From a virus (lineage: Duplodnaviria > Caudoviricetes), in IMG/VR virus record IMGVR_UViG_3300025769_000126, positions 1 to 58,368 of that record: a DNA stretch of 58,368 nucleotides, one strand, 5' to 3'. The notes under the pieces were generated by a model. It saw only the letters and a program-made list of their open reading frames with translations, was not told the DNA's origin and ran no database searches. Both the position numbers and the translations under genes were made by a program. Shown in pieces: positions 36,682-47,254 of this stretch (positions within the stretch are counted from its first letter, which is position 1; each line of letters opens with the position of its first letter).

Positions 36682-37355
36682 TATCCTAAGTTTAAAAAAT
36701 CCTCTCTGTTACCCATAAAACCAGTAATAGCTCCACCTGCTATCTGTCCAAGTCCACCCATTATAGCTTCTGTAGCTTGTTGTCTAGCCAGTCTAGCGCT
36801 TGCTAATCTATCTTGTGACATGCCTAACAATAAGTCTCCTTTTTGTTGCTCCATTCTTCTTGAAAGTAACTCTCCTTGCATTTCTTGTTGCTGTATTTGA
36901 GATGCCATACCTCTTTCTGCCATTAGGTTTGATCTCTCTTGCTTTCCTATATCAACAGACGCCGTTTGTGCATTAAGTGCTTGCTGGTTTGCCATAGCTT
37001 GAGCTAACGCAGCAATACCACTACCACCAGCTGCACCTTTAAGTTGGTCCAGTGTGTTAGCCATACCTTGGCTCTGTTGCTGTGCAGTAAAATCAGCAGC
37101 CTGTGTATTAACTGTTAAGTCTTCATACACGTTTTCCATACCAGTAAAAGGATTTGAAGTATCTCTTTGCTCTAATTGAGACATATACTGGTCAAATTGC
37201 CGTCTTGCCACTCTCTCTTCCTCCTTTCTTCGCTTACTGCCAACAATAGCTCCACCAATCTGAGCTAAACCACCAACTCCAGATATTATCCCCATTGTTA
37301 TTGGGTCAAACTTCAGTGGTGAGGCATTTTTATTTAAAGGTTTTTTGTCTTTCAT
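36681..37355 (-). CDS. Putative internal virion / pilot protein
   Basis: Gly/Ala hydrophobic termini with a Gln/Ala-rich coiled coil. Confidence 0.65.
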   Translation of the reverse strand: MKDKKPLNKNASPLKFDPITMGIISGVGGLAQIGGAIVGSKRRKEEERVARRQFDQYMSQLEQRDTSNPFTGMENVYEDLTVNTQAADFTAQQQSQGMANTLDQLKGAAGGSGIAALAQAMANQQALNAQTASVDIGKQERSNLMAERGMASQIQQQEMQGELLSRRMEQQKGDLLLGMSQDRLASARLARQQATEAIMGGLGQIAGGAITGFMGNREDFLNLG

Positions 37356-37370
37356 TTTACTTCAATTAAT

Positions 37371-37397
37371 ATAGTTACATGTTATTTACTGCTTTCA
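37371..37397 (-). promoter_or_regulatory. Class B promoter-like motif
   Basis: TGAA-N15-GTAACTAT upstream of the internal virion genes. Confidence 0.4.
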
Positions 37398-37753
37398 AAC
37401 ATCTCTGTTCCAACAGTATAAAGCTCTACTTTTTCAGTAGAATTATTTATTACTTCAACTTCAGCATAGTAACCGAGTAAACTTGTCATGTTAGCTCTGT
37501 TATCTTTACTAAAGAATATATAGTCGTTTACAGCTGGTAGTATTGTTGTAGTTTCTAGACTACATGTTATCTGTTTATTTGGATAATCTATAGCAATTAT
37601 AGGGCCAAGCTCTACAAACTCGCTAGCGTTACTAACTGTTGATCCATTAGCTAGCGTATAGTCTTGTATATCAGCATAATAAGCTACATCTGTTGTACCA
37701 GGTTGTATTGCCTGATTTAGTGTGTGTGATAGTGTGAATGTTATATCTGGCAT
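37382..37753 (-). CDS. Putative tail protein
   Basis: FSKDNRANMTSLLGYYAEV; tail-module context. Confidence 0.55.
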   Translation of the reverse strand: MPDITFTLSHTLNQAIQPGTTDVAYYADIQDYTLANGSTVSNASEFVELGPIIAIDYPNKQITCSLETTTILPAVNDYIFFSKDNRANMTSLLGYYAEVEVINNSTEKVELYTVGTEMFESSK

Positions 37754-37763
37754 ATTTTATTTG

Positions 37764-40232
37764 TTAATACGATGCTAGTGGTGTACTTTGTGGTTCAGGT
37801 ACGGCATCTTGTTCTGCAATATCAATTACTTTGTACTGGTCGCTTAATCTATGTATGATTTGTGCATTAAAAAAGTAATCCTCAGTTATAACAGCTGGGT
37901 TTAAGTTAACACCAAAATCAAATGTTACATACATAGTAGCTATAGCAAGATTCCTGTTTAAGTCACTACCATTCGTTAGCGTAACTGTTGGTTGTATTAC
38001 TTCTATAGTGTCGGCTTCAAAACTATTATCCGGATCTACTTCTACGGCTAGTGTGTAGTCTGATGTATTAAAGTCTACAGGCAAAGCATCTTCGGCGGTT
38101 AAGAAAGCACCAGATATTGCGAATTGTACATGAGTCGTACTTGTTGTTATATTTTCTTTAGCAAAAGTTACACCGTCGGTAGACGTGGTCATTGCTATTG
38201 AGTAGGAAGGATCATTTACATAAGAAACAGAGCGTAATATATCATTTATATATTTTTTAAGCCCTTGCGTTATACCAAAAGACAACGTTAGTGTATTGTT
38301 AGACGCTGGAGCTGCGGTGTAAGTAAATGTATTGAGGTCGTGTTGGAAGTCCATATCGCTGTCTCCCCATTCTCTAATAGTTAACCCTGTACCTGTTATA
38401 TAAAGTTTTTCCCTATCTAAAGGCGGTGATGCTATTGATGTGGTATTTTGTTGTCCATCTGCTCCACCTTCAACTTGAAAATCAGAATATATGTGTATAG
38501 TTTGACTAACGTAATCCATAGTGCCTGTAATATCACTCCAAAAGTAAATCTTAAAGTATTGACTTGCACCTGATACAGCAAAAGAGTCGTTAAAACTCTC
38601 CGCACTAAAGCCAGCCATATTAGTTAAGGCTTTTCTTTGTTTGTCTGTTATAACTATATCAACAGTTGGTTCAATAGCATCGGCAGCAGTATGACTAGCT
38701 TGGCCGACTGGAGACATTTTAGCGTGGTTAAAACCGCTAGGGTAAGCTCTAATATCTGCTATTACAGTTGGTTCATTTATTAACCCATTATTGAGTGTCG
38801 ATGTATAGTTTTGATTTATTAGAGTATACGACTCAGTATCATTTGGTAGGTAAAAATCAGTAACTGTATCTGTTATAACGATGTTATACGAATATGTGTT
38901 TAATGTTTGATTAGCTTCTTCTCCATCTAAACCACTTGGAGCTGTACTACCAAGTGAGTCTCCGTTATGATCAAAATACTCAATTGTATCAGTTGTTGTT
39001 CTAGTAGTATCGTATGTTGCATCTAAGTCAACCTGTGTTCTACTTGATATAGTAAATGTTATTTCATCTGGATCAGGAGTGGTATTAATATCTGGTGCGT
39101 TTAAATCTATTGTTGTAGTGTTTTGTGGTATTATAGTAAACCTATAAGCTCTTTTGTTACCACCACCTGGATCAGTATCTTCTGGTATTATAATATCTTT
39201 ATAAAACACACCAGAGCTGTTTATTTCGTATGGATCAGTTGCTGGATCATATGTACCATCACTCTGTATTTCAGATGGATATGTTGTAGTAGAGGTACTC
39301 GGTTCAAATGCTTCAGCTGTTGTTTCACGCGTGTTATCAAAAACGTATATACCATCTGTAGTATCTATTGTAAACGTACTACCAGACAGAGAGCCTCTCT
39401 CCATTTTAATTCTAAATTCAGAACCTTCATCTCCATATATTTCTAACCTTCTGTTTGTTCGCCCAAGATTAGTTGGAGTTGTGTCCATTTCGTAGTTGTA
39501 TATCTTACTACTAATACTAGGTAGATCTTCACCAGCACCTGTAAATGTTATTAAATCGTCACTTCTACTTACCTTAGGTAGTGTTATTGTTATTACATAA
39601 ATAACCTGTGTTAGTCTTAGTTCGCTGTCATAAGTATTTGTTCGTGCAATATGTGTGTAATCCAAACTAGCTGTAGTATCAGACACGTTTGTTATCGCAA
39701 TAGTTGGATCTTCATCTATAAAATCACCAGCAGTGGCGTCTATAGTCATAGTCATTAATTCAACTTCACTACCTGGAGTACCAAGCACAGAAAAGTCTGT
39801 TGTAGATACGCTCGACAAGTAATCAACAACACTTGATGGTGTAAACGTTGTTTTAACTGGACTACCAGGAACAGCAAAAGTTCCTTGCACTAACACTGGA
39901 ACTAAATGCTTGGCGACAGCTGAGCCAACAGGCTCTATATCTATAGTGGTGTCTTCTGCAAAAGCATAAGCATCTACGAAGTCTACGGTGATTAACACTG
40001 TATTATTATCGCTGTACGCGCCGTCGTTTAGCGGACCACCAGTTACTTCGGAGTTTGAAAAAGTCAAGCTCTGTATTATAAGTGGATCAAGGGTATTCGA
40101 TTCCTCAAAGTCACTAGCAGCAACAACGAACCCTTCGTTGGGTGTTATTGTTAGCACCATGCTAGCCACATTTGTTGAACCAGCAGGTATTATTACTTCT
40201 TGTGCTTCAAAACTGCAATTTATTAATGCCAT
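37764..40232 (-). CDS. Putative tail/structural protein, acidic and beta-rich
   Basis: 822 aa, T/D/S-rich; tail-module context. Confidence 0.6.
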   Translation of the reverse strand: MALINCSFEAQEVIIPAGSTNVASMVLTITPNEGFVVAASDFEESNTLDPLIIQSLTFSNSEVTGGPLNDGAYSDNNTVLITVDFVDAYAFAEDTTIDIEPVGSAVAKHLVPVLVQGTFAVPGSPVKTTFTPSSVVDYLSSVSTTDFSVLGTPGSEVELMTMTIDATAGDFIDEDPTIAITNVSDTTASLDYTHIARTNTYDSELRLTQVIYVITITLPKVSRSDDLITFTGAGEDLPSISSKIYNYEMDTTPTNLGRTNRRLEIYGDEGSEFRIKMERGSLSGSTFTIDTTDGIYVFDNTRETTAEAFEPSTSTTTYPSEIQSDGTYDPATDPYEINSSGVFYKDIIIPEDTDPGGGNKRAYRFTIIPQNTTTIDLNAPDINTTPDPDEITFTISSRTQVDLDATYDTTRTTTDTIEYFDHNGDSLGSTAPSGLDGEEANQTLNTYSYNIVITDTVTDFYLPNDTESYTLINQNYTSTLNNGLINEPTVIADIRAYPSGFNHAKMSPVGQASHTAADAIEPTVDIVITDKQRKALTNMAGFSAESFNDSFAVSGASQYFKIYFWSDITGTMDYVSQTIHIYSDFQVEGGADGQQNTTSIASPPLDREKLYITGTGLTIREWGDSDMDFQHDLNTFTYTAAPASNNTLTLSFGITQGLKKYINDILRSVSYVNDPSYSIAMTTSTDGVTFAKENITTSTTHVQFAISGAFLTAEDALPVDFNTSDYTLAVEVDPDNSFEADTIEVIQPTVTLTNGSDLNRNLAIATMYVTFDFGVNLNPAVITEDYFFNAQIIHRLSDQYKVIDIAEQDAVPEPQSTPLASY

Positions 40233-40235
40233 TAT

Positions 40236-43200
40236 TTATTCTACTCTTAGTTTTATTTCTGTTCCACCAACACCAGAAGCAGCTGTAACTAAACCTAAGC
40301 CTTGTACAGAGTATTCTCTTGTATCTAGGTTTGTTGGTGTTGTTTCAGTGCCTAGTATGTTGTAAAACCACTTACCTTCTTTGTTTTTAAATGTCTTAAC
40401 TTGACCACTCTGTAGGTCTGACTCTATTGAATCAACCCACCAACCACTTTTTGCTGCCCTGTTTTCGAACTTATTATCTGTATCTGGGTTATCAACAAAA
40501 ACTCTAGCTTGCGATCCTTCATAGTTTAATGTCTTGAAAGATTTTATAGAACCAGGTGCTTCGTTGAATATAAACTTAACAGATGAGTTATATTGAACAC
40601 CATAAAAATTATTCCTTGTTTCATTATCGTGTGACCAAAGATCTCCACCACTGAACGTATAATATTTGTTATTCAACGACAACCCTTCTTCTTGTATAAA
40701 ACTCTTTCTAGATGTCCAACTATTTGTATCTTCTCTAAAAGCAACCGTGTCGTTATACTGAGCGGCGTTCTCTAACTTCTTAACAGTTAAATTATATTCA
40801 TTCTTGTTTTCGTCGTAACTACCTATAACTTGCTCAGCCTCAGATAGTTTGTCCCTGAAGTAATCCTCAAGTCCATACCTAGATATTGGTTCTAACCCAT
40901 TACCTGACAATCTAAGAATAACACCCCTGTTTTTATCCGAAAAATATGCTCTATTACCATACCTAGAATATGATTCTGGATTTTTGCTTATACCATAATC
41001 GCCGGCATACGGCCTTACTGCTCCAAGCACCTTGCTACTTGATACCACGTTAATACTACCATCGGCATTAAACAGTGCATCTTTGTCAGAGAAAATCTTC
41101 ACGACGTTATCTTCTAGGTATACATCTAAATCTCCAAGCCTAAATTGCATTAACTGAATAGAACCATAAGCTGGGTTTATTGATTTTGTTATCTTTTCAG
41201 CTTGTATAAACTGGTTTAATCTATTAACACCAGACGTAGCATTATATATACCGGAGTATATTATATCAGACTTTTTTCTAACCTCCTTATATTGCTCCTC
41301 TGTAACCGAGGAAGCTTTAACTCCTTTACCTATTATTGGTGCATTGAAATCATCTCTAATTCTATCTGATTCAACGCCATTACCAAAGCTATAACAATTA
41401 CTGTAGTCTATATCATTTATAAGACCATGCTCGTTATCAACACCAGCAACGCAGCTATATGTTCTACCAGTTTCGTAGTATATATCTAATTCTGCAACCT
41501 CTTTAGGTTCTGTCTCAAAAACTGCTGGATTTTCTGTAAATTCACCACTTTCTTCATCGTAAAATGTCTCTACTATTTCAATATTAGTTTTGCTTGGCTC
41601 TGTTGTTCTTAGTTGACCACTACTATAGTTGAAACTATTGCTTTCTGGAGCCCATACTATTTTTTTATCTAACTTTAACGTAAACTTTATAACCCTTTGC
41701 TGTGGTAGTTCACCTTCTTTTTTAGCCCTAGAACTATCAGTGAACGCCACCATATATGATTTTGCCCAATTGGTGATAGTATAAGTGTTGTTTTCTTTAT
41801 CAGGGTCATCAGCAAACCTAAACCTAGTACCAATTCGCGTTAGTTTTGAAACTAAGGTGTTATATTCGAAGAAATACTCGTCGCCAGCGTTGGTGGCAAA
41901 TTTGTCATATTCTTCTATTATATTTTCTGTACCAGTAACGTCTTTACCAAAACCATGAAACGCAATCTCTACATAGTTGTTTTTTTCTTTTGCTCCCCAG
42001 CCATACGTGTTGTGTGGTCTTTCGTTTCCATTTTGAGTGAATAAACTGTGTACAAACCTTAGTGGTCCAGTTGTACTAAGTGTTTTATGGTACAATAAGC
42101 CACACCAGAACCACCCAAACCCAAGCGGTTCTCCAGTGTAACCCCTAAAAGGGGCCAACCAAATATCTCTAGATGGTTGTATGTTGTCGCCAAAGCTAAA
42201 CGTTGGTGTTGAAGCTGTTGTTTTTAAGCTTGTTGACGAGGTGCTACTAGCCATTATGGATTCTTCTAAAACTGCATCTCTCTGCAGCTTTGTAAAAAAC
42301 CTTCCGTAGTATTCTGGTTTTATCTTTGTCTTTTTTTGGAATATTTCTATAGACAAAGTAGGGGTAGTATCTTCTTCGGAAATAGTTCCCATAAAAGACA
42401 CGTCTTCTGAGTCTAAAGATCTTTCCATATTTAACCTGTATAGATCTACACCGGAGTACTGTACGTATGCTACGCTTAGTATTTCGTATTTTTTAGTCTT
42501 ATTTTTGGTGTTAAACAACGAAAGACTTAAGTTGTCTAGCTGGTGCACTGGCTTGCCACTAGATACTTCTGTACCACTTCCGCCAAACATGCTTTTCCAA
42601 TCGTCAGCTTTTATGTCTATGTAGTTATTACCAGACACTGGATAACCTTCACTTGAACCAAATATACTAGTAGTAGTTCTACCTAATAGTTCGGCGCTTA
42701 AAACACCTTGAGATACGTATTCTTCTTTTATAAATTCTGGAGCTTCATTATCAACAGCAAGAACCTTATATCTTGCTTGTTCTTTTACAAAAGCATCAGA
42801 ATCATGTTCTTTTTTTAATATTAAGTATGTGTCGTCCTGTATTTTGTTTCTATCAGATGATGAAAAAGAAACCCAAACATTACCGTCTTCAGCGTTGTAA
42901 TGTCTATCTATGGCTAAGTTGTAATACGGTTGAGATGTTTCTTTTATAAAATATTTATAACCAACAGCCCAATCAGGTGGATACGACTGTAGTCTTACTG
43001 ATATTGTATTGCTGTTCTCAGCATAACCTTTGTTTAGTTTTACAGAACCACTTGGGTGTGTTAGCACCGGTGTTTCTCTTCCGTGCTTATCAACATATAC
43101 AACACCTATTTGATATGTTCTTTGAGACTTAATTGATTTAACGGGTTGATTAGATGTAACTTTCTCACTCTTAACGACGACAGAGAACTCTGGTGTAACA

Positions 43201-44666
43201 ACACCTCCGTTATACTCTAAGTTATAGTTTTCTAAATAGTTACCAAACAGCAATCGATTACCAGCTGTAGATAGCGCTTTAGCTCTTCTTGGTACGTTAT
43301 CATAAGGTCTAAGTAACTGATTAGACGGAATTAACTTGTATATAGTTTCAGATACTAACTCTAATCGTCCTTCGTAAAAACCAGTTGGAGAAGGTACTGT
43401 ATTATCTGTAAACTCGCTATCAGTTGACTTCACAGTTTGAACTACATATATATTATTAGATACTGAATCCTTGTATAAGATGTCTATTTCTTCGACACCA
43501 TAAGGAACATCATAAGCCCAATTTAATATCTCTAATTTTCTAAGTTGATTAACCATACCAAGGTTATACCCCTTAGAGTGATTATAATCAAATGCGTCAC
43601 CTATAAAAGCAACCTCACTGTACGGTGCTATAGTTGAATATTGACCATCTGTGTACTTATATCTATAAGAAAACCTAACAAACTTATCTTCAAACAAAGC
43701 CGGTGTTTGTATTAACTCTATTTTCCAGTTTTGTACGTTCTGTTCTATGTTTTCATTTATAGAATCAATATTAATCTTGAATACGTTAGGATTAGTAGCG
43801 TACACATTTAAAACAGAAACTATAACAGACACGTCAGCATTTACATTACCATCATTATCTATTAACCTTATCTTTAGTTTATCACCAATTCTAAAATCAG
43901 GGGCAGTACCACTAACAAGTATCTGACTATCAACTGGATCTGGTAAAACACCAGTGCTAGAGTCAGAGGCATCATCACCGTCTTGGTTGGTGTATGCTCC
44001 AGTAGGCACTAAATTCCATGTTCCATCAGCATCTAAGAATGTAAAAGAATAACCAATAAGTGTACCAGATACTGCACCATCTCTAGTTGTGTTAGACATA
44101 TTCAGTACTGGCGGTAGCTTTGGTGCCGGTTTTATAACTGTACAATGTTTCTCTTCAAAGTTACCACCGTCAACCTGTGTATGTGTCCAATTACCGTCAG
44201 TGTATGCTTTCCAGTCTGTTATGTTTATTATCTTTGGCTCTGTTTTGTCGTCTGTCCAAATAAGGAAATCATCTAATATTTCCACTCCCGTTATTAAGTT
44301 ATCCCTAGAGAAATTAAGAACTCTCAAGGTGTCAACTAAAACTGGTGTTACTGTTTCTTGTTTTTGATTATATTCTACTATAGAGCTTTTAGAATCGCTC
44401 TCTACGAACCAATATATGCACTCTGTGTCATCTTTTCTTATAGCACCAATACATATAGCATTTAAGCCTAAGCGATAAAAGTCGCTCAAAGCTGGAGAGT
44501 AGGGTATCTCGTTACCCAGTATATTTTGTAATGTCCCAACATCTGCACCTTCTGATGTTGATACCTGCACATTTAAAGCATCTCTGTATTGACCATTTGG
44601 AACTAGTCTTTCATCGAGATCTTTGTTCATAGCCCCGCTACTGAATGTCCTTTTTAGTTCTGGCAT
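40236..44666 (-). CDS. Tail stabilisation / muzzle-like protein
   Basis: MNKDLDERLVPNGQYRDALN, RFSYRYKY, GNRLLFGNY and YGISKNPES motifs recall podoviral nozzle proteins. Confidence 0.75.
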   Translation of the reverse strand: MPELKRTFSSGAMNKDLDERLVPNGQYRDALNVQVSTSEGADVGTLQNILGNEIPYSPALSDFYRLGLNAICIGAIRKDDTECIYWFVESDSKSSIVEYNQKQETVTPVLVDTLRVLNFSRDNLITGVEILDDFLIWTDDKTEPKIINITDWKAYTDGNWTHTQVDGGNFEEKHCTVIKPAPKLPPVLNMSNTTRDGAVSGTLIGYSFTFLDADGTWNLVPTGAYTNQDGDDASDSSTGVLPDPVDSQILVSGTAPDFRIGDKLKIRLIDNDGNVNADVSVIVSVLNVYATNPNVFKINIDSINENIEQNVQNWKIELIQTPALFEDKFVRFSYRYKYTDGQYSTIAPYSEVAFIGDAFDYNHSKGYNLGMVNQLRKLEILNWAYDVPYGVEEIDILYKDSVSNNIYVVQTVKSTDSEFTDNTVPSPTGFYEGRLELVSETIYKLIPSNQLLRPYDNVPRRAKALSTAGNRLLFGNYLENYNLEYNGGVVTPEFSVVVKSEKVTSNQPVKSIKSQRTYQIGVVYVDKHGRETPVLTHPSGSVKLNKGYAENSNTISVRLQSYPPDWAVGYKYFIKETSQPYYNLAIDRHYNAEDGNVWVSFSSSDRNKIQDDTYLILKKEHDSDAFVKEQARYKVLAVDNEAPEFIKEEYVSQGVLSAELLGRTTTSIFGSSEGYPVSGNNYIDIKADDWKSMFGGSGTEVSSGKPVHQLDNLSLSLFNTKNKTKKYEILSVAYVQYSGVDLYRLNMERSLDSEDVSFMGTISEEDTTPTLSIEIFQKKTKIKPEYYGRFFTKLQRDAVLEESIMASSTSSTSLKTTASTPTFSFGDNIQPSRDIWLAPFRGYTGEPLGFGWFWCGLLYHKTLSTTGPLRFVHSLFTQNGNERPHNTYGWGAKEKNNYVEIAFHGFGKDVTGTENIIEEYDKFATNAGDEYFFEYNTLVSKLTRIGTRFRFADDPDKENNTYTITNWAKSYMVAFTDSSRAKKEGELPQQRVIKFTLKLDKKIVWAPESNSFNYSSGQLRTTEPSKTNIEIVETFYDEESGEFTENPAVFETEPKEVAELDIYYETGRTYSCVAGVDNEHGLINDIDYSNCYSFGNGVESDRIRDDFNAPIIGKGVKASSVTEEQYKEVRKKSDIIYSGIYNATSGVNRLNQFIQAEKITKSINPAYGSIQLMQFRLGDLDVYLEDNVVKIFSDKDALFNADGSINVVSSSKVLGAVRPYAGDYGISKNPESYSRYGNRAYFSDKNRGVILRLSGNGLEPISRYGLEDYFRDKLSEAEQVIGSYDENKNEYNLTVKKLENAAQYNDTVAFREDTNSWTSRKSFIQEEGLSLNNKYYTFSGGDLWSHDNETRNNFYGVQYNSSVKFIFNEAPGSIKSFKTLNYEGSQARVFVDNPDTDNKFENRAAKSGWWVDSIESDLQSGQVKTFKNKEGKWFYNILGTETTPTNLDTREYSVQGLGLVTAASGVGGTEIKLRVE

Positions 44667-44668
44667 AC

Positions 44669-45757
44669 TTAATGTTTGATTACTTTTGATTTATTCTTCA
44701 TTACAAGGTTTATCTCTTCTATCTTTAGGTTAGATAACCTTAGCTTCGCTTGCCTGGTTGCAGCTCTTTTCTCTTTCTTAAATCTATTTATAACATATTC
44801 AGGAGTACCCATTTTAGTAGCTAATATTGCGTGTGCTATATGTTTATACACAGCTTCTTCTGCAAACTTATGTACGCGCATTTCTTCTTCTGTACCCAAG
44901 CTGTCGCTAATATATTTCATTGTAACAACTTTACCAACCAAACCAGAGCTAAAAAAAACAAAACCTCTAGCGTTATCTATATAGAAAACACCGTTAGATT
45001 GAGTGTGTTCTGGGGTAGCACCATACCTAGCACCCTCTGATAGACTCATGTCTGCGTCTATTTCGGTAGAAGTGTTTAAAGTCCCGTTATCTGATGTTGC
45101 ACTTTTAAAATCAATCCAAGTCTCAGAATCACTAGATTTAAGCAGGGTATCATCATTGTCATACAAGTAATCGTAATCACCATCCTGCATTATAGCTGTT
45201 GGGTTACTTGTTTTTCTAGCTGGATATATTATTCTCTCAATACCAGAGCTGTCTTTCCACGATAACTGTACATAACTTACATAGTCATGTGGAAGTTTCA
45301 TTTTTAATGTTGGTGGTATGTCTATTTCTTGTGATTTTTTAGATCTTAGAGTATCGTAGCTTAACTCTGCTATAGCTCTTTGTGCGTGAAAATTTATATC
45401 TGGTATCTTTACTTTGCTTATTATTTTACCTTCACCAACATACGCAACTCTAAAATTGTTTACGATATCATCTATTGATATGTATTGGTAGCTACCTAAT
45501 TGTTCATTTGTTAGTATTTGCTTAACAATTATTACAGCGCCTTCGCTTGGTGCAGATAAAAATGTTACAGTGCCAGTACCTCCATCATACGTGTACAACG
45601 AGCTAACTTGCTCACTACCATCTATATAAACTTCTAGTTCAGCCTTTGCTGATGGTGTTGGGTTAAGCGTTAATATAAAACCAACTGTTACACCGTCGCC
45701 GGTAAACTTTTGACTATTATCATAATATTGTCTTTGTGTACCTTTAAATAGTGCCAT
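44669..45757 (-). CDS. Tail ring / adaptor protein
   Basis: LPHDYVSYV motif; position upstream of the muzzle-like gene. Confidence 0.6.
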   Translation of the reverse strand: MALFKGTQRQYYDNSQKFTGDGVTVGFILTLNPTPSAKAELEVYIDGSEQVSSLYTYDGGTGTVTFLSAPSEGAVIIVKQILTNEQLGSYQYISIDDIVNNFRVAYVGEGKIISKVKIPDINFHAQRAIAELSYDTLRSKKSQEIDIPPTLKMKLPHDYVSYVQLSWKDSSGIERIIYPARKTSNPTAIMQDGDYDYLYDNDDTLLKSSDSETWIDFKSATSDNGTLNTSTEIDADMSLSEGARYGATPEHTQSNGVFYIDNARGFVFFSSGLVGKVVTMKYISDSLGTEEEMRVHKFAEEAVYKHIAHAILATKMGTPEYVINRFKKEKRAATRQAKLRLSNLKIEEINLVMKNKSKVIKH

Positions 45758-45760
45758 CTC

Positions 45761-46489
45761 TTATTGTTTTTCTTGTTGATTGTTCTTAGCGTCTTCTGCT
45801 GCGGCTATTTGATATAGTTGTGGATCTTTTATTGTTATGCCAGAAAGCATTAATATTTTTATAACTAAGTCAGTTTCTTCTGACTCGTGTAATTGGAAGT
45901 CTACTGATGTAGTTGGATTGTATAGGGCTTCGTCGTTAATCATGCTATAACCCCAATAAACGTCTGCGGGCTTTGCTATGAAGTTGCACGTTACATTATC
46001 TTCTATTGTTGTTGGATAAACCTGTATTGCTGTCTCCGATGTTTTAATGTATACAGGTCTCTTTGTTGTTGGCTCTGTCAGTGGTGAGTTCAAGTATTGT
46101 CGTAACTCATTCTTATTTAGATGCTCTGCCTCTACTATTTGCGTTACATTGTTAACAGATGCTTGGCAATAAACAGCTCCTAATCTATATATATCGTTAG
46201 CGCCAGCGTTGGTTAAATCACCAACACCGCCAGTGGTCATTGCTACTGTTTGATTAAACTTATCAAATATTTCTATCTTTTCCTCAAGTATATCAACAGT
46301 ATCAGCGTGAATAGTATCATTACCTTGTAGTCTTAAAAATTGGTTGAGATCATAAAAATATTGTTCAAAAATATCTAACTGTGCTTGATTAGCAAGCGTA
46401 TTAAATTCTTGTGGAGTTATATAGCCTCTTTGCTCTTTATTAGCTATAGCTAAAACTCTTAGATAAACTGTATTTACATTTACTGCCAT
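45761..46489 (-). CDS. Head-tail adaptor / ring protein
   Basis: NKEQRGYITPQEFN...AQ motif; position. Confidence 0.6.
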   Translation of the reverse strand: MAVNVNTVYLRVLAIANKEQRGYITPQEFNTLANQAQLDIFEQYFYDLNQFLRLQGNDTIHADTVDILEEKIEIFDKFNQTVAMTTGGVGDLTNAGANDIYRLGAVYCQASVNNVTQIVEAEHLNKNELRQYLNSPLTEPTTKRPVYIKTSETAIQVYPTTIEDNVTCNFIAKPADVYWGYSMINDEALYNPTTSVDFQLHESEETDLVIKILMLSGITIKDPQLYQIAAAEDAKNNQQEKQ

Positions 46490-46496
46490 AATTTTT

Positions 46497-46730
46497 TTAT
46501 TTCTTTACGCAGCTACCGTCACTGAATTGTTTAGTGCCAGGTTTTCTTTTATATCCTTTCCAACATTTTAATGCTGAAGGGCTAGGTGTCATTTTAAATG
46601 GAGACTTCATTTTAGCAGCCGAGTCTTTTAAAGCTTTGTCTGTTGGGTAATCTTTATCACCAGGTTTTGCCGGTGCTTCACCCCTTTTTCTTTTAGCGTG
46701 CATATTTGCCCACAATCCTTTTTTTCCCAT
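46497..46730 (-). CDS. Small basic protein
   Basis: GLWANMHAKRKRG and CWKGYK modules joined by an SPFK/SALK linker. Confidence 0.7.
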   Translation of the reverse strand: MGKKGLWANMHAKRKRGEAPAKPGDKDYPTDKALKDSAAKMKSPFKMTPSPSALKCWKGYKRKPGTKQFSDGSCVKK

Positions 46731-46741
46731 ATTTTATTTAT

Positions 46742-47173
46742 TTAACAGTTCCATCTACGTCTAGCAGCTCGACCTCTTTCACTAGTCCAACCTTTTGATC
46801 TAGCGCAAAACGATTTTCTTCTTTTAGCATCTTTACTACCGGGTTTAAGCTTTGATGGCTTAGTTGTTACTGCTGTTTTCAGCTTACTACCAGGATTATT
46901 TCTTTTATATTCATCTACTCCTTTCTGAGTCATACCACCACCAGCGGCAGCACCTGTTCCGGTAGGATTAGCTTTGTTAAAGTTTTTACCTCTACCTATA
47001 GTTCTTCTTGGATCGGCTTTTTTTAACGGTGAACATTTGGCTTTTAACGGTGAACATTTGGCGCACATACCACAGTTACAGCTGTCTCCACAATTACATT
47101 TACCTACGCATCCGCAAGAATTTGTAAATGGGTTATTTGATTGCTTATATCCAGTTGATCCTTGAAATTTCAT
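46742..47173 (-). CDS. DUF6321-like basic protein with Cys-rich N-terminus
   Basis: GGMTQKG...NPGSKLK...RRKSFCAR...RRWNC. Confidence 0.7.
   Translation of the reverse strand: MKFQGSTGYKQSNNPFTNSCGCVGKCNCGDSCNCGMCAKCSPLKAKCSPLKKADPRRTIGRGKNFNKANPTGTGAAAGGGMTQKGVDEYKRNNPGSKLKTAVTTKPSKLKPGSKDAKRRKSFCARSKGWTSERGRAARRRWNC
47021..47062. repeat. Exact 21-bp tandem duplication
   Basis: TTTTAACGGTGAACATTTGGC twice, encoding AKCSPLK twice. Confidence 0.9.
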
Positions 47174-47254
47174 ATGTCTTTATATTCTGTTGTATTATTC
47201 TTTATATAGTTTGTGGCCACCTATACAGATGACCACATCCCTATAAGTGACTAA

